In this document: in pieces, positions 1-13,161 of the stretch | Layout of the letters: each line of letters begins with the position of its first letter | Numbering within the stretch: position 1 is the stretch's first letter | DNA from: Macrostomum lignano | Taxonomy: Eukaryota | Direction of reading: 5' to 3' | Assembly: GCA_002269645.1 (NCBI GenBank) | Contig: NIVC01001887.1 | Location: forward strand, 1 to 64,000 | DNA: 64,000 nt | Made by a program: the position numbers and the translations under genes | Notes under the pieces: generated by a model | Seen by the model: only the letters and a program-made list of their open reading frames with translations | What the model was told of the DNA's origin: nothing | Database searches by the model: none

Positions 1-373
1 GGCAGGCCATGACCATTCTCAGGCAGGCATGACCATTCTCAGGCAGGAATGACCATTCTCAGGCAGGCATGACCATTCTCAGGCAGGCATGACCATCTCA
101 TTTCAGGCTGATTCCTTTCTCATTCAGGCATGACCATTCTCATTCAGGCATGACCATTCTCATTCAGGCATGACCATTCTCATTCAGGCATGACCATTCT
201 CATTCAGGCATGACCATTCTCATTCAGGCATGACCATTCTCATTCAGGCATGATCATTCTCAGGCAGGCATGACCATTCTCATTCAGGCATGACCATTCT
301 CATTCAGGCATGATCATTCTCAGGCAGGCATGACCATTCTCATTCAGACATGACCATTCTCATTTAGGCATGA
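1..373. repeat. Minisatellite, 20-bp unit CAGGCATGACCATTCTCA(GG/TT); runs off the window start
   Basis: Tandem copies visible directly, with two alternating unit endings. Confidence 0.95.
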
Positions 374-1489
374 CCATTCACAGGCTTCAAACCGGTTTCA
401 ACCAATTGTAAATTGACTTGAGCAATCTTGGACCCGCAGAGCTCCAGGAGCGGTCACGTGAACCAGCCCGAAATGCCAGAGACTTCAGTCGGGCATGAGC
501 CGGGGACACACGGTTGAGAGATGGAGAGTTTTGTTAAAATGATTTGATTGCCAAAAAAACATTCCCTCACAGTGAACGGCCGGTGCCTCTGCTGTCTCTC
601 TGAGGCCGTCAGACCTCAATTTGGATGATGGAGGGCGGGGCTGAGCAGCGGGCCGGGTGCTCACCACGCATTGGGGACTCAGCTCAGATTGAATGGACGG
701 CAGCGATGCTTTCTCTTCTGCATTTCCTGTCAATTTATCAATTGAAGCGCACGGCTCGCACTCAGGGCGCATCCACTCCAGCTCGGCAGCTGGTTCGGTG
801 GGCGTGCAGACTTTTTTGGAAGGTCTACTCAACTCAAAGGGCCTGTGTTCCTACCTCTGGAGCTTTGGATACGACATGGCCAAGCAAGCTTATCATCAGA
901 GTTCGAATAAACACTTGGGCAGATGCGGGTTCATTTTCTTTGGCAAATTTGGGCCCATTTAAAAGCTTATTTTTGCCGAGAGTACACAGACAGATCCCGC
1001 CGCCTCAGCCCATCCACCGCCTGCCCCTTGCCGGCGCTCTCTCCATGAAGTAAAACAAAATTAACTTGCAAAGTCGGCCGCAATTGCGAGGAAAAGTGCA
1101 GGGGGTGCGGCAGAGGCCGGGCGAACCCGATCTGTGCTCAGATGAAATATAAGCCTACTTTAAGGCTTTCCCATTGCATTTGGTTGGGGAGGGGGGTGGC
1201 GGTCAGATCCCATCGGCTCGACCTCCCCGATCCCACACGCGGGCCGGAAAACGAGACAGAAAGACGAGAGCGAAGAGAGAGAGAGCGAGCTGTCCGAGGA
1301 GGTCAAGATGAGACCGGCTGAGCGGAGGGCGCAGTGCCGCAGTTATCAATGATGCATGCGGTGCCGGCACAATACAGTCTGTACGCTTGCCCGCTAATGG
1401 GTCTGTTTGCCCAGCTCGGCTAGCCTGAGCCCGAGTCTCACCAATATCTGAAGTGATGCAGCTGCTTGTTGATGAGTGACATTGCTGCT

Positions 1490-1754
1490 ATGCGTCGGAC
1501 TCTCGAATGAAAGGTTGGGGGTTCGATTCTCGAGAGCAACACACTTAACCCTTGCATTGCGTCAGTTCACCCAGCTGTAAAATGTGGTGCCAGCTTTAGC
1601 TGGGATAATTGAGGGTGTGTGTGGCCACCCCCAGTCCTTGGACTGAACAGCCGTACGCAACCTTCAGATGCGCCGCGCAAAAGCTGCGACTGAGCTGTCG
1701 GTTGCACACCTGGCCGTTAGACTGGTGTAATCAATTATTAGTATTATTATTATT
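1490..1754 (+). mobile_element. tRNA-derived SINE with a CORE-like central domain and (TTA)n tail, probably 5'-truncated
   Basis: Pol III B-box GGGTTCGATTC at 1519-1529. It is followed by GCAACACACTTAACCCTTGCATTGCGTCAGTTCACCCAGCTGTAAAATGTGG (1536-1587), which resembles the MIR/CORE consensus as recalled (GCAAGTTACTTAACCTCTCTGTGCCTCAGTTTCCTCATCTGTAAAATGGG). Tail TTATTAGTATTATTATTATT at 1735-1754. No clear A-box. Confidence 0.7.
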
Positions 1755-1808
1755 CGGTTAAAGAGTGTGAAATTAGTGTGGGGTGTAGAGAGTGAAATTT
1801 GCCAATTA

Positions 1809-2038
1809 TCAGAGGGTGCATTGTCATGTGATCAGAGAGTGACATATTCATGCAGTCAGAGAGTGACATTGTCATGTGATCAGAGAGTGACATATTCATG
1901 CAGTCAGAGAGTGACATTGTCATGTGATCAGAGAGTGACATATTCATGCAGTCAGAGAGTGACATATTCATGCAGTCAGAGAGTGACATTGTCATGTGAT
2001 CAGAGAGTGACATTGTCATGTGATCAGAGAGTGACATT
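1809..2038. repeat. Minisatellite, 24-bp unit with two interspersed variants (GAGAGTGACATTGTCATGTGATCA / GAGAGTGACATATTCATGCAGTCA)
   Basis: Tandem copies visible. Confidence 0.93.
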
Positions 2039-2701
2039 GCTGCTTATTGCGTCTTGCAGAGAAGGCCCCCGAAACCGGGGCATTGCCGTGCACAGCTTGC
2101 TGCTTGCGTGCAGTTTTCGTCCGGGTGCAGACAGGGGAGACTGGGCGAATGAAAGCCGAGACAGAAACTGTGGTCGGGATTCCAGCAAACCGGAGCCTCC
2201 TGTGGCGACTGGACAATGAATAATTAATAAATCATTTCAGCGAAGCACCGCGCAGAGAAGCAGAGGATGAAGAATCTGCTTTTGCTTTTGAGTGCCGGCC
2301 TGCTTGCTTTTCCGCGCTCCCGTTACAAAACTTTGCGTGGGAGTCCGGCGGGGGCTGCAATGGGAGGCTGAGACTCTGGGATGCCGGACGGGACGAAGGG
2401 AATGGCGATTTTTCCCATTTGAGGAATGAATTTCGGCGGGCAGCTCTGGCGCAGGCTGGGGTTACAAAAACTCGAACTGACAATGGCCTCACTAACCCTG
2501 TGTCCGGTGGGGAATCCAGGCCCGGCCCTCACCTGAGGGAATTTCGATCTGCTGCCAGAGTTCATTAGAGGTAAAAGCCGCCGTTTGATGGCGAGGTTGG
2601 AAAATTGGCTGGCGGTGACGAATCGCGCCAGGCCGCCAGCTCGGCCAGCGGCGCTGACGTGCGATGGAAGGCGCGGTTGATGAGCTGAGAATCGCCTTTA
2701 A

Positions 2702-3055
2702 CCCGACTTCCGCTTGGCGCCTCTCTCCCGACTTCCGCTTGGCGCCTCTCTCCCGGCTTCCGCTGGCGCCTCTCTCCGACTTCCGCTTGGCGCCTCTCTC
2801 CCGACTTCCGCTTGGCGCCTCTCTCCCGACTTCCGCTTGGCGCCTCTCTCCCGACTTCCGCTTGGCGCCTCTCTCCCATTCCACACTTGGCGCCCCTCTC
2901 CCGATTATCACTTGGCGCCTCTCTCGGATTTCCGCTTGGCGCGCCTCTCCCCCGATTCCACTTGGCGCCTCTCTCCCGATTCCATTTGGCGCCTCTCTCC
3001 AATTCCACTCTCTCCGATTCTGAAATCCTTCCAGATTTCCACTTGGCGCCTCTCC
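2702..3055. repeat. Minisatellite, ~25-bp unit CCGACTTCCGCTTGGCGCCTCTCTC, degenerating at the right end
   Basis: Tandem copies visible. Confidence 0.92.
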
Positions 3056-3442
3056 AGGCCAGAAGATTGAAGACTAGAAAACTGAAACTGAACGCGGCAC
3101 CCCAGTTAGGTGCTGAATTCCCACCCGAGTATGAAATCGGACACCCGAAAGCCTCATTCTGAGCTGTCTTTAAGCTTCATTTTACCTCTCAGCACCTCTC
3201 GAAATTCCCACAGATTTCATCTCAGCATCGCTGGCGGCAGTTATTGATGAAGAACGGCCTCCGCAAGCCGCAGAAATGCTGTCGAATTGCTTGGCTGGCA
3301 CTTCACAGCTGCCTGACATCTCCATACGACCATTCGCGCATCTGCAGACTCGGCGAGCGAGCGGCAGGGAAGCCGGACAACAGGCGGGGGAGCCGTGAGC
3401 CTCATTTGCACCTCAGGCTGACAGGCTTCAATGGGAAGGCCG

Positions 3443-3635
3443 CACAAGCGCGCACTGGCACAAGCGCGCACTGGCACAAGCGCGCACTGGCACAGCGCGC
3501 ACTGGCACAAGCGCGCACTGGCACAAGCGCGCACTGGCACAGCGCGCACTGGCACAAGCGCGCACTGGCACAAGCGCGCACTGGCACAAGCGCGCACTGG
3601 CACAAGCGCGCACTGGCACAAGCGCGCACTGGCAC
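3443..3635. repeat. Minisatellite, 16-bp CpG-rich unit GGCACAAGCGCGCACT
   Basis: Tandem copies visible. Confidence 0.93.
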
Positions 3636-4611
3636 TGCAGAGCCGGTTCGTTTGCCACTGCATGTGGCGGCGTTTCAGCACTTGAATGCCATACTCAAAC
3701 CCATCTTGCTCTCATTTAGACCGTGCCAGAAGTGCGCGCTTATGATAGATGGCATCCCGTTTCAATAAAAAACAATGCGCCGCAGAAGCAGGCAATAACG
3801 GACCAGCAGCGGCAGCAGCAGCTGGGGCTGAGGCAGGCAGGAGTCGGTGGCCGCTCGGAGAGCACAAATTTGCATGCAAATTCCTGCTGGGGGGGGCGGC
3901 GCCAATTTGTGCGGAGGCCCGGTTGCCGGCTGGAGGAGGCGGAGGCTGGGCTTTAATTACACAGAAAGGATAAGCAATCAGACTGCTGGCCTGGGGGGGG
4001 GGCGCCAGCTGCCCGTACGCGCCGCAATTTGCTGGCGCCCGGCAGGAGGAAAACACGGGCGCAGCGCCTGTCCCCGCGCCGCTTATGGCTGTGGATAAGA
4101 AAACTAAAGAGCATTTGCAAATGAGATCAGCGGGGGGTCCGCTCGAATCTCCCGCTCCCCAGGCTGCCCCTCCGCCCTCCCCGCCGATATTCGGCCGGCC
4201 ATGACGGATGGCCTGGCGGCCCACAGCGCTGCTCATCTATCACACTGGGGCTCTGGCTGCATGCTCCAATTATGCCTGACAATTTCAACTTGTGGGACCA
4301 GCCCCCGGCTCTGTATTCCCATCCTGCTCCCGCCTCCCTCACGGAAGATCCTCCTCGCCCCGACAACCCCCGCCTCAGCTTAGGCTGCCCGAGCCCGGGA
4401 AAGCTGCTGCGATGCCGGGCCGCCGATAAACGGCCGGCTTCCTCCCCAGCCCGCTCTGGGATAATAATGCATTGCATATTGGCCCGGATTATCCCGGCCA
4501 GCCCAAGCGGGTGACACAGTTTCACCAGCAGAGCTCAGTAGCTGCTGCTCGCCTTTATTGCATCCCCCTCTCTATCAGTGCCCGATTTCTCCCATCGAAT
4601 TTGCTGACTTC

Positions 4612-5516
4612 CCCTGTCTCTATCCACCCTGTCTCTATCCACCCCTGTCTCTATCCACCCCTGTCTCTATCCACCCCTGTCTCTTTCCACCCCTGTCTCT
4701 ATCCACCTTTGTCTCTATCCACCCCTGTCTCTATCCACCCCTGTCTCTATCCACCACTGTCTCTATCCACCCCTGTCTCTATCCACCCCTGTCTCTTTCC
4801 ACCCCTGTCTCTATCCACCCCTGTCTCTATCCACCCCTGTCTCTATCCACCCCTGTCTCTACCCACCCGTCGTCTCTATCCACCCCTGTCTCTATCCACC
4901 CTGTCTCTACCCACCCCTGTCGTCTCTATCCACCCCTGTCTCTATCCACCTTTGTCTCCATCCACCCCTGTCTCTATCCACCCCTGTCTCGATCCACCTC
5001 TGTCTCTATTCACCCCTGTCTCTATCCACCCCTGTCTCTATCCACTCATGTATCTATCCACCCTTGTCTCTATCCACCCCTGTCTCTATCCACCCCTGTC
5101 TCTATCCACCCTGTCTCTATCCACCATGTCTCTATCCACCCTGTCTCCATCCACCCTGTCTCTATCCACCCTGTCTCTATCCACCCTGTCTCTATCCACC
5201 CTGTCTCTATCCTCCCCTGTCTCCATCCACCCTGTCTCCATCCACCCTGTCTCTATCCACCCTTGTCTCTATCCACCCTGTCTCTATCCTCCCCTGTCTC
5301 CATCCACCCTGTCTCTATCCACCCTGTCTCTATCCACCCTGTCTCTATCCACCCTGTCTCTATCCCCCCTGTTTCTATCCTCCCCTGTCTCTATCCACCA
5401 TGTCTCTATCCCCCCTGTATCTATCCACCCCTGTCTCTATCCACCCCTGTCTCTATCCACCCCTGTCTCTATCCACCCCTGTCCCTAATCCTCCCTGTCT
5501 CTATCCACCCCGTCTC
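4612..5516. repeat. Minisatellite, 15/16-bp unit CTCTATCCACCC(C)TGT
   Basis: Tandem copies visible; accounts for the repetitive ORFs 4472..5488, 4558..5703 and 5064..5519. Confidence 0.95.
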
Positions 5517-6245
5517 TAATCCACAGGTCCCTGTACTCTCACCCTTTTCCATCTCTTTATTTCATCTGATCTCTCATATCGGACCTGTCACCCATCCCAT
5601 TCCCCCATCCCTTCCCCCTTCTGTCCGTCAGGCATCGCCACTTCTATCCCCAAGGAAACTGGACCGCTTGCATCTCGCGGAAGTCCTTCAAAATCGGCAC
5701 TAGAAGCCATCCGAGCCCCCCGGCCGCCGCAACAACAAATACAGATCGAACTCGGCCGGGCTTCCGGTCCGCCCGACTCGAACTCAGGGACCTGAGAATG
5801 AAAGAAGAAATTAGGCCCTGACTGACAGGGGGGCGCAGCGGTGCTGAAATGCGATTTGAGCTGGGAGAAAAAGATGGAGACTGTGGGGAGCTGTAACTGG
5901 GGCCCCGGCGACTCCCACGGGGGCCGATAACGAGCGGCATTGTGGATGAGGCGTGCCGCCTTCCTTGGCAACCGCGGCTCTGCACAGCCAGCCTTCTTCA
6001 TCCTATCTGCTTCATTCCTCGAATTCGCCTTGGGGAAAACTGCGCTAGGAAAGTCTTTAAAAATCTCCCATCCTCTTATCTCACTCTTTGAGTCCCAGCA
6101 GGAATGATCAAATTTATCCCGGCCGTGAAATTGCGTTACTGGGGGCGGGGGAGCGGACAGGCGGCCGAGGCTTCCGGCCAACCCAGCTTCACTGATCGAC
6201 AGCTCGGGGCAGAGGGCGGGCGCGGGAGATTGGGAGACTGTCCGA

Positions 6246-9200
6246 GTCTATTGTGACTGTCTGTGTCTATTGTGACTGTCCGTGTCTATTGTGACTGTCC
6301 GTGTCTATTGTGACTGTCCGTGTCTATTGTGACTGTCCGTGTCTATTGTGACTGTCCGTATCTATTGTGACTGTCCATGTCTAATGTGACTGTCCGTGTC
6401 TATTGTGGCTGTCCGTATCTATTGTGACTGTCCATGTCTAATGAGACTGTCCGTGTCTATTGTGACTGTCCGTATCTATTGTGACTGTCCATGTCTAATG
6501 TGACTGTCCGTGTCTATTGTGGCTGTCCGTATCTATTGTGACTGTCCATGTCTAATGTGACTCTCCGTGTCTATTGTGACTGTCCGTGTCTATTGTGACT
6601 GTCCGTGTCTATTGTGACTGTCCGTGTCTATTGTGACTGTCCGTGTCTATTGTGACTATCCGTGTCTATTGTGACTGTCCGTGTCTAATGTGACTGTCCG
6701 TGTCTATTGTGACTGTCCGTGTCTATTGTGACTGTCCGTGTCTATTGTGACTGTCCGTGTCTATTGTGACTGTCCGTGTCTATTGTGACTGTCCGTGTCT
6801 ATTGTGACTGTCCGTGTCTATTGTGACTGTCCGTGTCTAATGTGACTGTCCGTGTCTATTGTGACTGTCCGTGTCTATTGTGACTGCTCGTGTCTATTGT
6901 GACTATCCGTGTCTAGTGTGACTGTCCGTGTCTAATGTGACTGTCCGTGTCTATTAAGACTGTCCGTGTCTATTGTGACTGTCCGTGTCTATTGTGACTG
7001 TCCGTGTCTATTGTGACTGTCCGTGTCTATTGTGACTGTCCGTGTCTATTGTGACTGTTCGTGTCTATTGTGACTGTTCGTGTCTATTGTGACTGTCCGT
7101 GTCCATTGTGACTGTTCGTGTCTATTGTGACTGTTCGTGTCTAATGTGACTGTCCGTGTCTATTGTGACTGTCCGTGTCTAATGTGACTGTCCGTGTCTA
7201 TTGTGACTGTCCGTGTCTATTGTGACTGTCCGTGTCTATTGTGACTGTTCGTGTCTATTGTGACTGTCCGTGTCTATTGTGACTGTCCGTGTCTATTGTG
7301 ACTGTCCGTGTCTATTGTGACTGTCCGTATCTATTGTGACTGTCCATGTCTATTGTGACTGTCCGTGTCTATTGTGGCTGTCCGTATCTATTGTGACTGT
7401 CCATGTCTAATGAGACTGTCCGTGTCTATTGTGACTGTCCGTATCTATTGTGACTGTCCATGTCTAATGTGACTGTCCGTGTCTATTGTGGCTGTCCGTA
7501 TCTATTGTGACTGTCCATGTCTAATGTGACTCTCCGTGTCTATTGTGACTGTCCGTGTCTATTGTGACTGTCCGTGTCTATTGTGACTGTCCGTGTCTAT
7601 TGTGACTGTCCGTGTCTATTGTGACTATCCGTGTCTATTGTGACTGTCCGTGTCTATTGTGACTGTCCGTGTCTATTGTGACTGCTCGTGTCTATTGTGA
7701 CTATCCGTGTCTAGTGTGACTGTCCGTGTCTAATGAGACTGTCCGTGTCTATTAAGACTGTCCGTGTCTATTGTGACTGTCCGTGTCTATTGTGACTGTC
7801 CGTGTCTATTGTGACTGTCCGTGTCTATTGTGACTGTCCGTGTCTATTGTGACTGTTCGTGTCTATTGTGACTGTTCGTGTCTATTGTGACTGTCCGTGT
7901 CCATTGTGACTGTTCGTGTCTATTGTGACTGTTCGTGTCTAATGTGACTGTCCGTGTCTATTGTGACTGTCCGTGTCTATTGTGACTGTCCGTGTCTATT
8001 GTGACTGTTCGTGTCTATTGTGACTGTCCGTGTCTATTGTGACTGTCCATGTCTATTGTGACTGTCCGTGTCTATTGTGACTGTCCGTGTCTATTGTGAC
8101 TGTCCGTGTCTAATGTGACTGTCCGTGTCTATTGTGACTGTCCGTGTCTATTGTGACTGTCCGTGTCTATTGTGACTGTTCGTGTCTATTGTGACTGTCC
8201 GTGTCTATTGTGACTGTCCGTGTCTATTGTGACTGTCCGTGTCTATTGTGACTGTCCGTGTCTATTGTGACTGTCCGTGTCTATTGTGACTGTCCGTGTC
8301 TATTGTGACTGTTCGTGTCTATTGTGACTGTTCGTGTCTATTGTGACTGTTCGTGTCTATTGTGACTGTTCGTGTCTAATGTGACTTTCCGTGTCTATTG
8401 TGACTGTCCGTGTCTATTGTGACTGTCCGTGTCTATTGTGACTGTCCGTGTCTATTGTGACTGTCCGTGTCTATTGTGACTGTCCATGTCTATTGTGACT
8501 GTCCGTGTCTATTGTGACTGTCCGTGTCTATTGTGACTGTCCGTGTCTATTGTGACTGTCCGTGTCTATTGTGACTGTCCATGTCTATTGTGACTGTCCG
8601 TATCTATTGTGACTGTCTGTGTCTATTGTGACTGTCCGTGTCTATTGTGACTGTCCGTATCTATTGTGACTGTCCGTGTCTATTGTGACTTTCCGTGTTT
8701 AAAGGGACTGTCCGTGTCTAAAGGGACTGTCCGTGTCTATTGTGACTGTCCGTGTCTATTGTGACTGTCCGTGTCTATTGTGACTGTCTGTGTCTATTGT
8801 GACTGTCTGTGTCTATTGTGACTGTCCGTGTCTATTGTGACTGTCCGTGTCTATTGTGAATGTCCGTGTCTATTGTGACTGTCCGTGTCTATTGTGACTG
8901 TCCGTGTCTATTGTGACTGTCCGTGTCTATTGTGACTGTCCGTGTCTATTGTGACTGTCTGTGTCTATTGTGACTGTCTGTGTCTATTGTGACTGTCTGT
9001 GTCTATTGTGACTGTCCGTGTCTATTGTGACTGTCCGTGTCTATTGTGAATGTCCGTGTCTATTGTGACTGTCCGTGTCTATTGTGACTGTCCGTGTCTA
9101 TTGTGACTGTCCGTGTCTATTGTGACTGTCCGTGTCTATTGTGACTGTCCATGTCTATTGTGACTATCCGTGTCTATTGTGACTCTCCGTGTCTATTGTG

Positions 9201-9347
9201 ACTGTTCGTGTCTATTGTGACTGTCCGTGTCTATTGTGACTGTCCGTGTCTATTGTGACTGTCCATGTCTATTGTGACTGTCCGTGTCTAATGTGACTGT
9301 CCGTGTCTATTGTGACTGTCCGTGTCTATTGTGACTGTCCGTGTCTA
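6246..9347. repeat. Large satellite array, 19-bp unit GTCTATTGTGACTGTCCGT (~3.1 kb), with higher-order duplications
   Basis: Tandem copies visible; rare variant units recur at offsets that are exact multiples of 19. Confidence 0.97.
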
Positions 9348-9844
9348 TCTTCGGGTTTCTATGCAGGCAGATGCCAGAAAAGATACTGAAGATGACTATA
9401 AGCAGCAGCAGGCAGAACTGCAGCCCGAACGGAGACACGTGAGGGACAAAGAGAGACCCTGAATGCAAAATGGAGAAACTGGCGCTGCTGTGGGTGAGCG
9501 GGGGCCCAGCAGTGGAAAACTGCAAGAGGGAATGAAGAGGCTTGGATGAGTCTGGGGAGATGCCGCTAATGTCCCACAGCCAGCCATCGTTCTGCCCTGT
9601 CTCTTCCCGTCCATTTTTTAGCTCTTCGACTCGAATCCTCAAAGCCTCGGAGACCGCAGGGCTGGTGCTGGGGGGCCCGGGGTGGCAGGAATCCCAACCT
9701 GCTTTACGGCCCCGCAGTGCCAATAAAACTGCCTGCCGGCTCTGAGCCCGCGTGCCCGCTGGCAGCCACTCGGTTTGTCCCGCTTTTCCGGCTTAGTTTT
9801 GTTATAATGGAAGCCGGCTGAGTCGGGGTCTCAATTAGAAACAC

Positions 9845-10540
9845 AGTGTTCCTGTCTGCTAATGTCTGCTAATATCTTGTTCCTGTCTGCTAAGGTCTGT
9901 TCAGATTGTGTTCCTGTCTGCTAATGTCTGCTAATATCTTGTTCCTGTCTGCTAATGTCTGTTCAGATTGTGTTCCTGTCTGCTAATGTCTGTTCAGATT
10001 GTGTTCCTGTCTGCTAATGTCTGCTAATATCTTGTTCCTGTCTGCTAAGGTCTGTTCAGATTGTGTTCCTGTCTGCTAATGTCTGCTAATATCTTGTTCC
10101 TGTCTGCTAATGTCTGTTCAGATTGTGTTCCTGTCTGCTAATGTCTGTTCAGATTGTGTTCCTGTCTGCTAATGTCTGTTCAGATTGTGTTCCTGTCTGC
10201 TAATGTCTGTTCAGATTGTGTTCCTGTCTGCTAATGTCTGTTCAGATTGTGTTCCTGTCTGCTAATGTCTGTTCAGATTGTGTTCCTGTCTGCTAATGTC
10301 TGTTCAGATTGTGTTCCTGCCTGCTAATGTCTGTTCAGATTGTGTTCCTGCCTGCTAATGTCTGTTCAGATTGTGGTCCTGTCTGCTAATGTCTGTTCAG
10401 ATTGTGTTCCTGTCTGCTAATGTCTGTTCTGATTGTGTTCCTGCCTGCTAATGTCTGTTCAGATTGTGTTCCTGCCTGCTAATGTCTGTTCAGATTGTGT
10501 TTCTGTCTGCTAATGTCTGTTCATATTATGTTCCTGTCTG
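9845..10540. repeat. Minisatellite, 31-bp unit GTTCCTGTCTGCTAATGTCTGTTCAGATTGT
   Basis: Tandem copies visible. Confidence 0.95.
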
Positions 10541-10794
10541 CTATGATGCTACTGCTAGTAGCTAAGCAGTTATATTTAAAACAAAATTCAATTTTCTGCA
10601 GCGTACCGGTTGGATGCTCAAAGACTCAAAGCTTAGATCTCCAATCCAGACAAGTTCGCGCGACACATTTTAAGGCCCCGTAGCCAAGTCAACGTCCCGG
10701 ACTCGTTCCTCACGCCCGTCAACAGCAACCGGTTTCTCCTCGTGTCGCCGCTCGTCGGGCCGCCTCCCCTCGAATTCTGGCGCTCGTGTTGGCT

Positions 10795-11677
<883 letters not shown>

Positions 11678-12624
11678 TAGGAAGGACGACTTTTGTTGGC
11701 GACTTGGCTGAATTGGCGGGACAAAATCCGCCCAGTTTGCCCGATGCTAAGCCGAACAAAGCCGCAGCAGGCCCAGTTCCAAAGTCTCCGAGCCTAGCGC
11801 AGAACAGAGTCTCGGCTCCATCATCTCCTACTCTCCGCCTCGAACTGGGGGGGGGGGGGAACAGGTGCCGGGCCCAGCAAAATCGACCCGGAAAAATTGA
11901 AGGGTGGGATTTTGATCCCGCAGTGCGAACAGCGCCAGGGAGAGGCGGTGCTGGCGGGGCAGATGCGAGTCCGCTGTTCTCCAGTCCGGCCGGAGCTCCG
12001 GATCGATGGGCTGAGAGGCGCCGGCCGCATGTGGAAGCTGCAGCCCGCCCCAGCCTCCGATCCGGCAGAGCGGCCGGCACCCGGGCCGTTTCGATTGCTG
12101 CACCTGGGCGGCACAGCAGCCTGTTTGTAGCAGAAATTCAAGCCGGACAGGCCGGCGGGTCAAACCCGCCGAGGCCTCGAGAAATTTGAGTTGGACTTTT
12201 ATTGACAGCTCCCCGCCGCCGAGTGGCAACCCACCGGCCTGCTCAGTCAAGTCTCCCTGACTGCTCCGGAATGAAGCAACCCTAATGGCCCGCTTGATGG
12301 CTTTCGGCTCAACTTGCCAGCCGGCATTTCGGCACTCGAAATCCCGCACCACTTCAAGCTGGAGGGACTCAGTGAGCTCAAATTGCTGTCACGGTCGGCG
12401 CCCTAATGGACTCTTTCACTGCCCCGAATACACCAAGCACCGCATTGGAGTTGAGGTCGAACTTTGTAAAAGAATCTTGATCGAATGAAAGAAACCATTT
12501 TTATATTTTCTAATAAAGCGATAATTAATGACTGACAGCAACAATGAAAAATCACGAAACTGTTGACGAGTACAAATCTTAGCGGCTGTTCCTGAAGACT
12601 GTGCTTGCTATCTCACATGTGATA

Positions 12625-13143
12625 ACAGTCCAGCACACAGTCCAGCCCATAGTCCAGCCCATAGTCCAGCCCATAGTCCAGCCCAAAGTCCAGCCCAAAG
12701 TCCAGCCCACAGTCGCCCACAGTCCAGCCCACAGTCCAGCCCACAGTCCAGCCCATTCCAGCCCACAGTCCAGCCCACAGTCCAGCCCACAGTCCAGCCC
12801 ATAGTCCAACCCACAGTCCAGCCCACAGTCCAGCCCACAGTCCAGCCCACAGTCCAGCCCATAGTCCAACCCACAGTCCAGCCCACAGTCCAGCCCACAG
12901 TCCAGCCCACAGTCCAGCCCAAAGTCCAGCCCACAGTCGCCCACAGTCCAGCCCACAGTCCAGCCCACAGTCCAGCCCATATGCCAACCCACAGTCCAGC
13001 CCATTCCAGCACACAGTCCAGCACACAGTCCAACCCACAGTCCAGCCCATTCCAGCACACAGTCCAGCCCACAGTCCAGCCCACAGTCCAGCCCACAGTC
13101 CAGCCCACAGTCCAGCCCACAGTCCAGCCCACAGTCCAGTTCA
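12625..13143. repeat. Minisatellite, 12-bp unit CAGTCCAGCCCA, starting ~20 nt downstream of the LRR gene stop
   Basis: Tandem copies visible. Confidence 0.95.
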
Positions 13144-13161
13144 GTCCATAAAACATCAGCC

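Noticed and set aside
1490-1540. tRNA gene
   Set aside because: Only a B-box and a partial stem are present, with no full cloverleaf, and it continues into a SINE body.
2055-2085. Hairpin CCCCGAAACCGGGG, and GGACTGAAGAGTTTCGTCC at ~42416, as hammerhead ribozymes or terminators
   Set aside because: CUGANGA and GAAA do not occur in the required order on one strand with three stems; bacterial terminators are irrelevant here.
4472-5703. Long ORFs (338 and 381 aa) of SIHP/CLYP repeats
   Set aside because: Stop-free translations of a 15/16-bp minisatellite; no domain, and the unit length is not consistently a codon multiple.
6246-9347. CRISPR-like regular repeats (this array and others)
   Set aside because: Units are directly adjacent with no unique spacers, there are no cas genes, and the context is a spliceosomal-intron eukaryote.
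11704-12352. Overlapping ORFs on both strands (161 and 174 aa)
   Set aside because: No recognisable motifs; ORFs of this length are expected by chance in GC-rich DNA.
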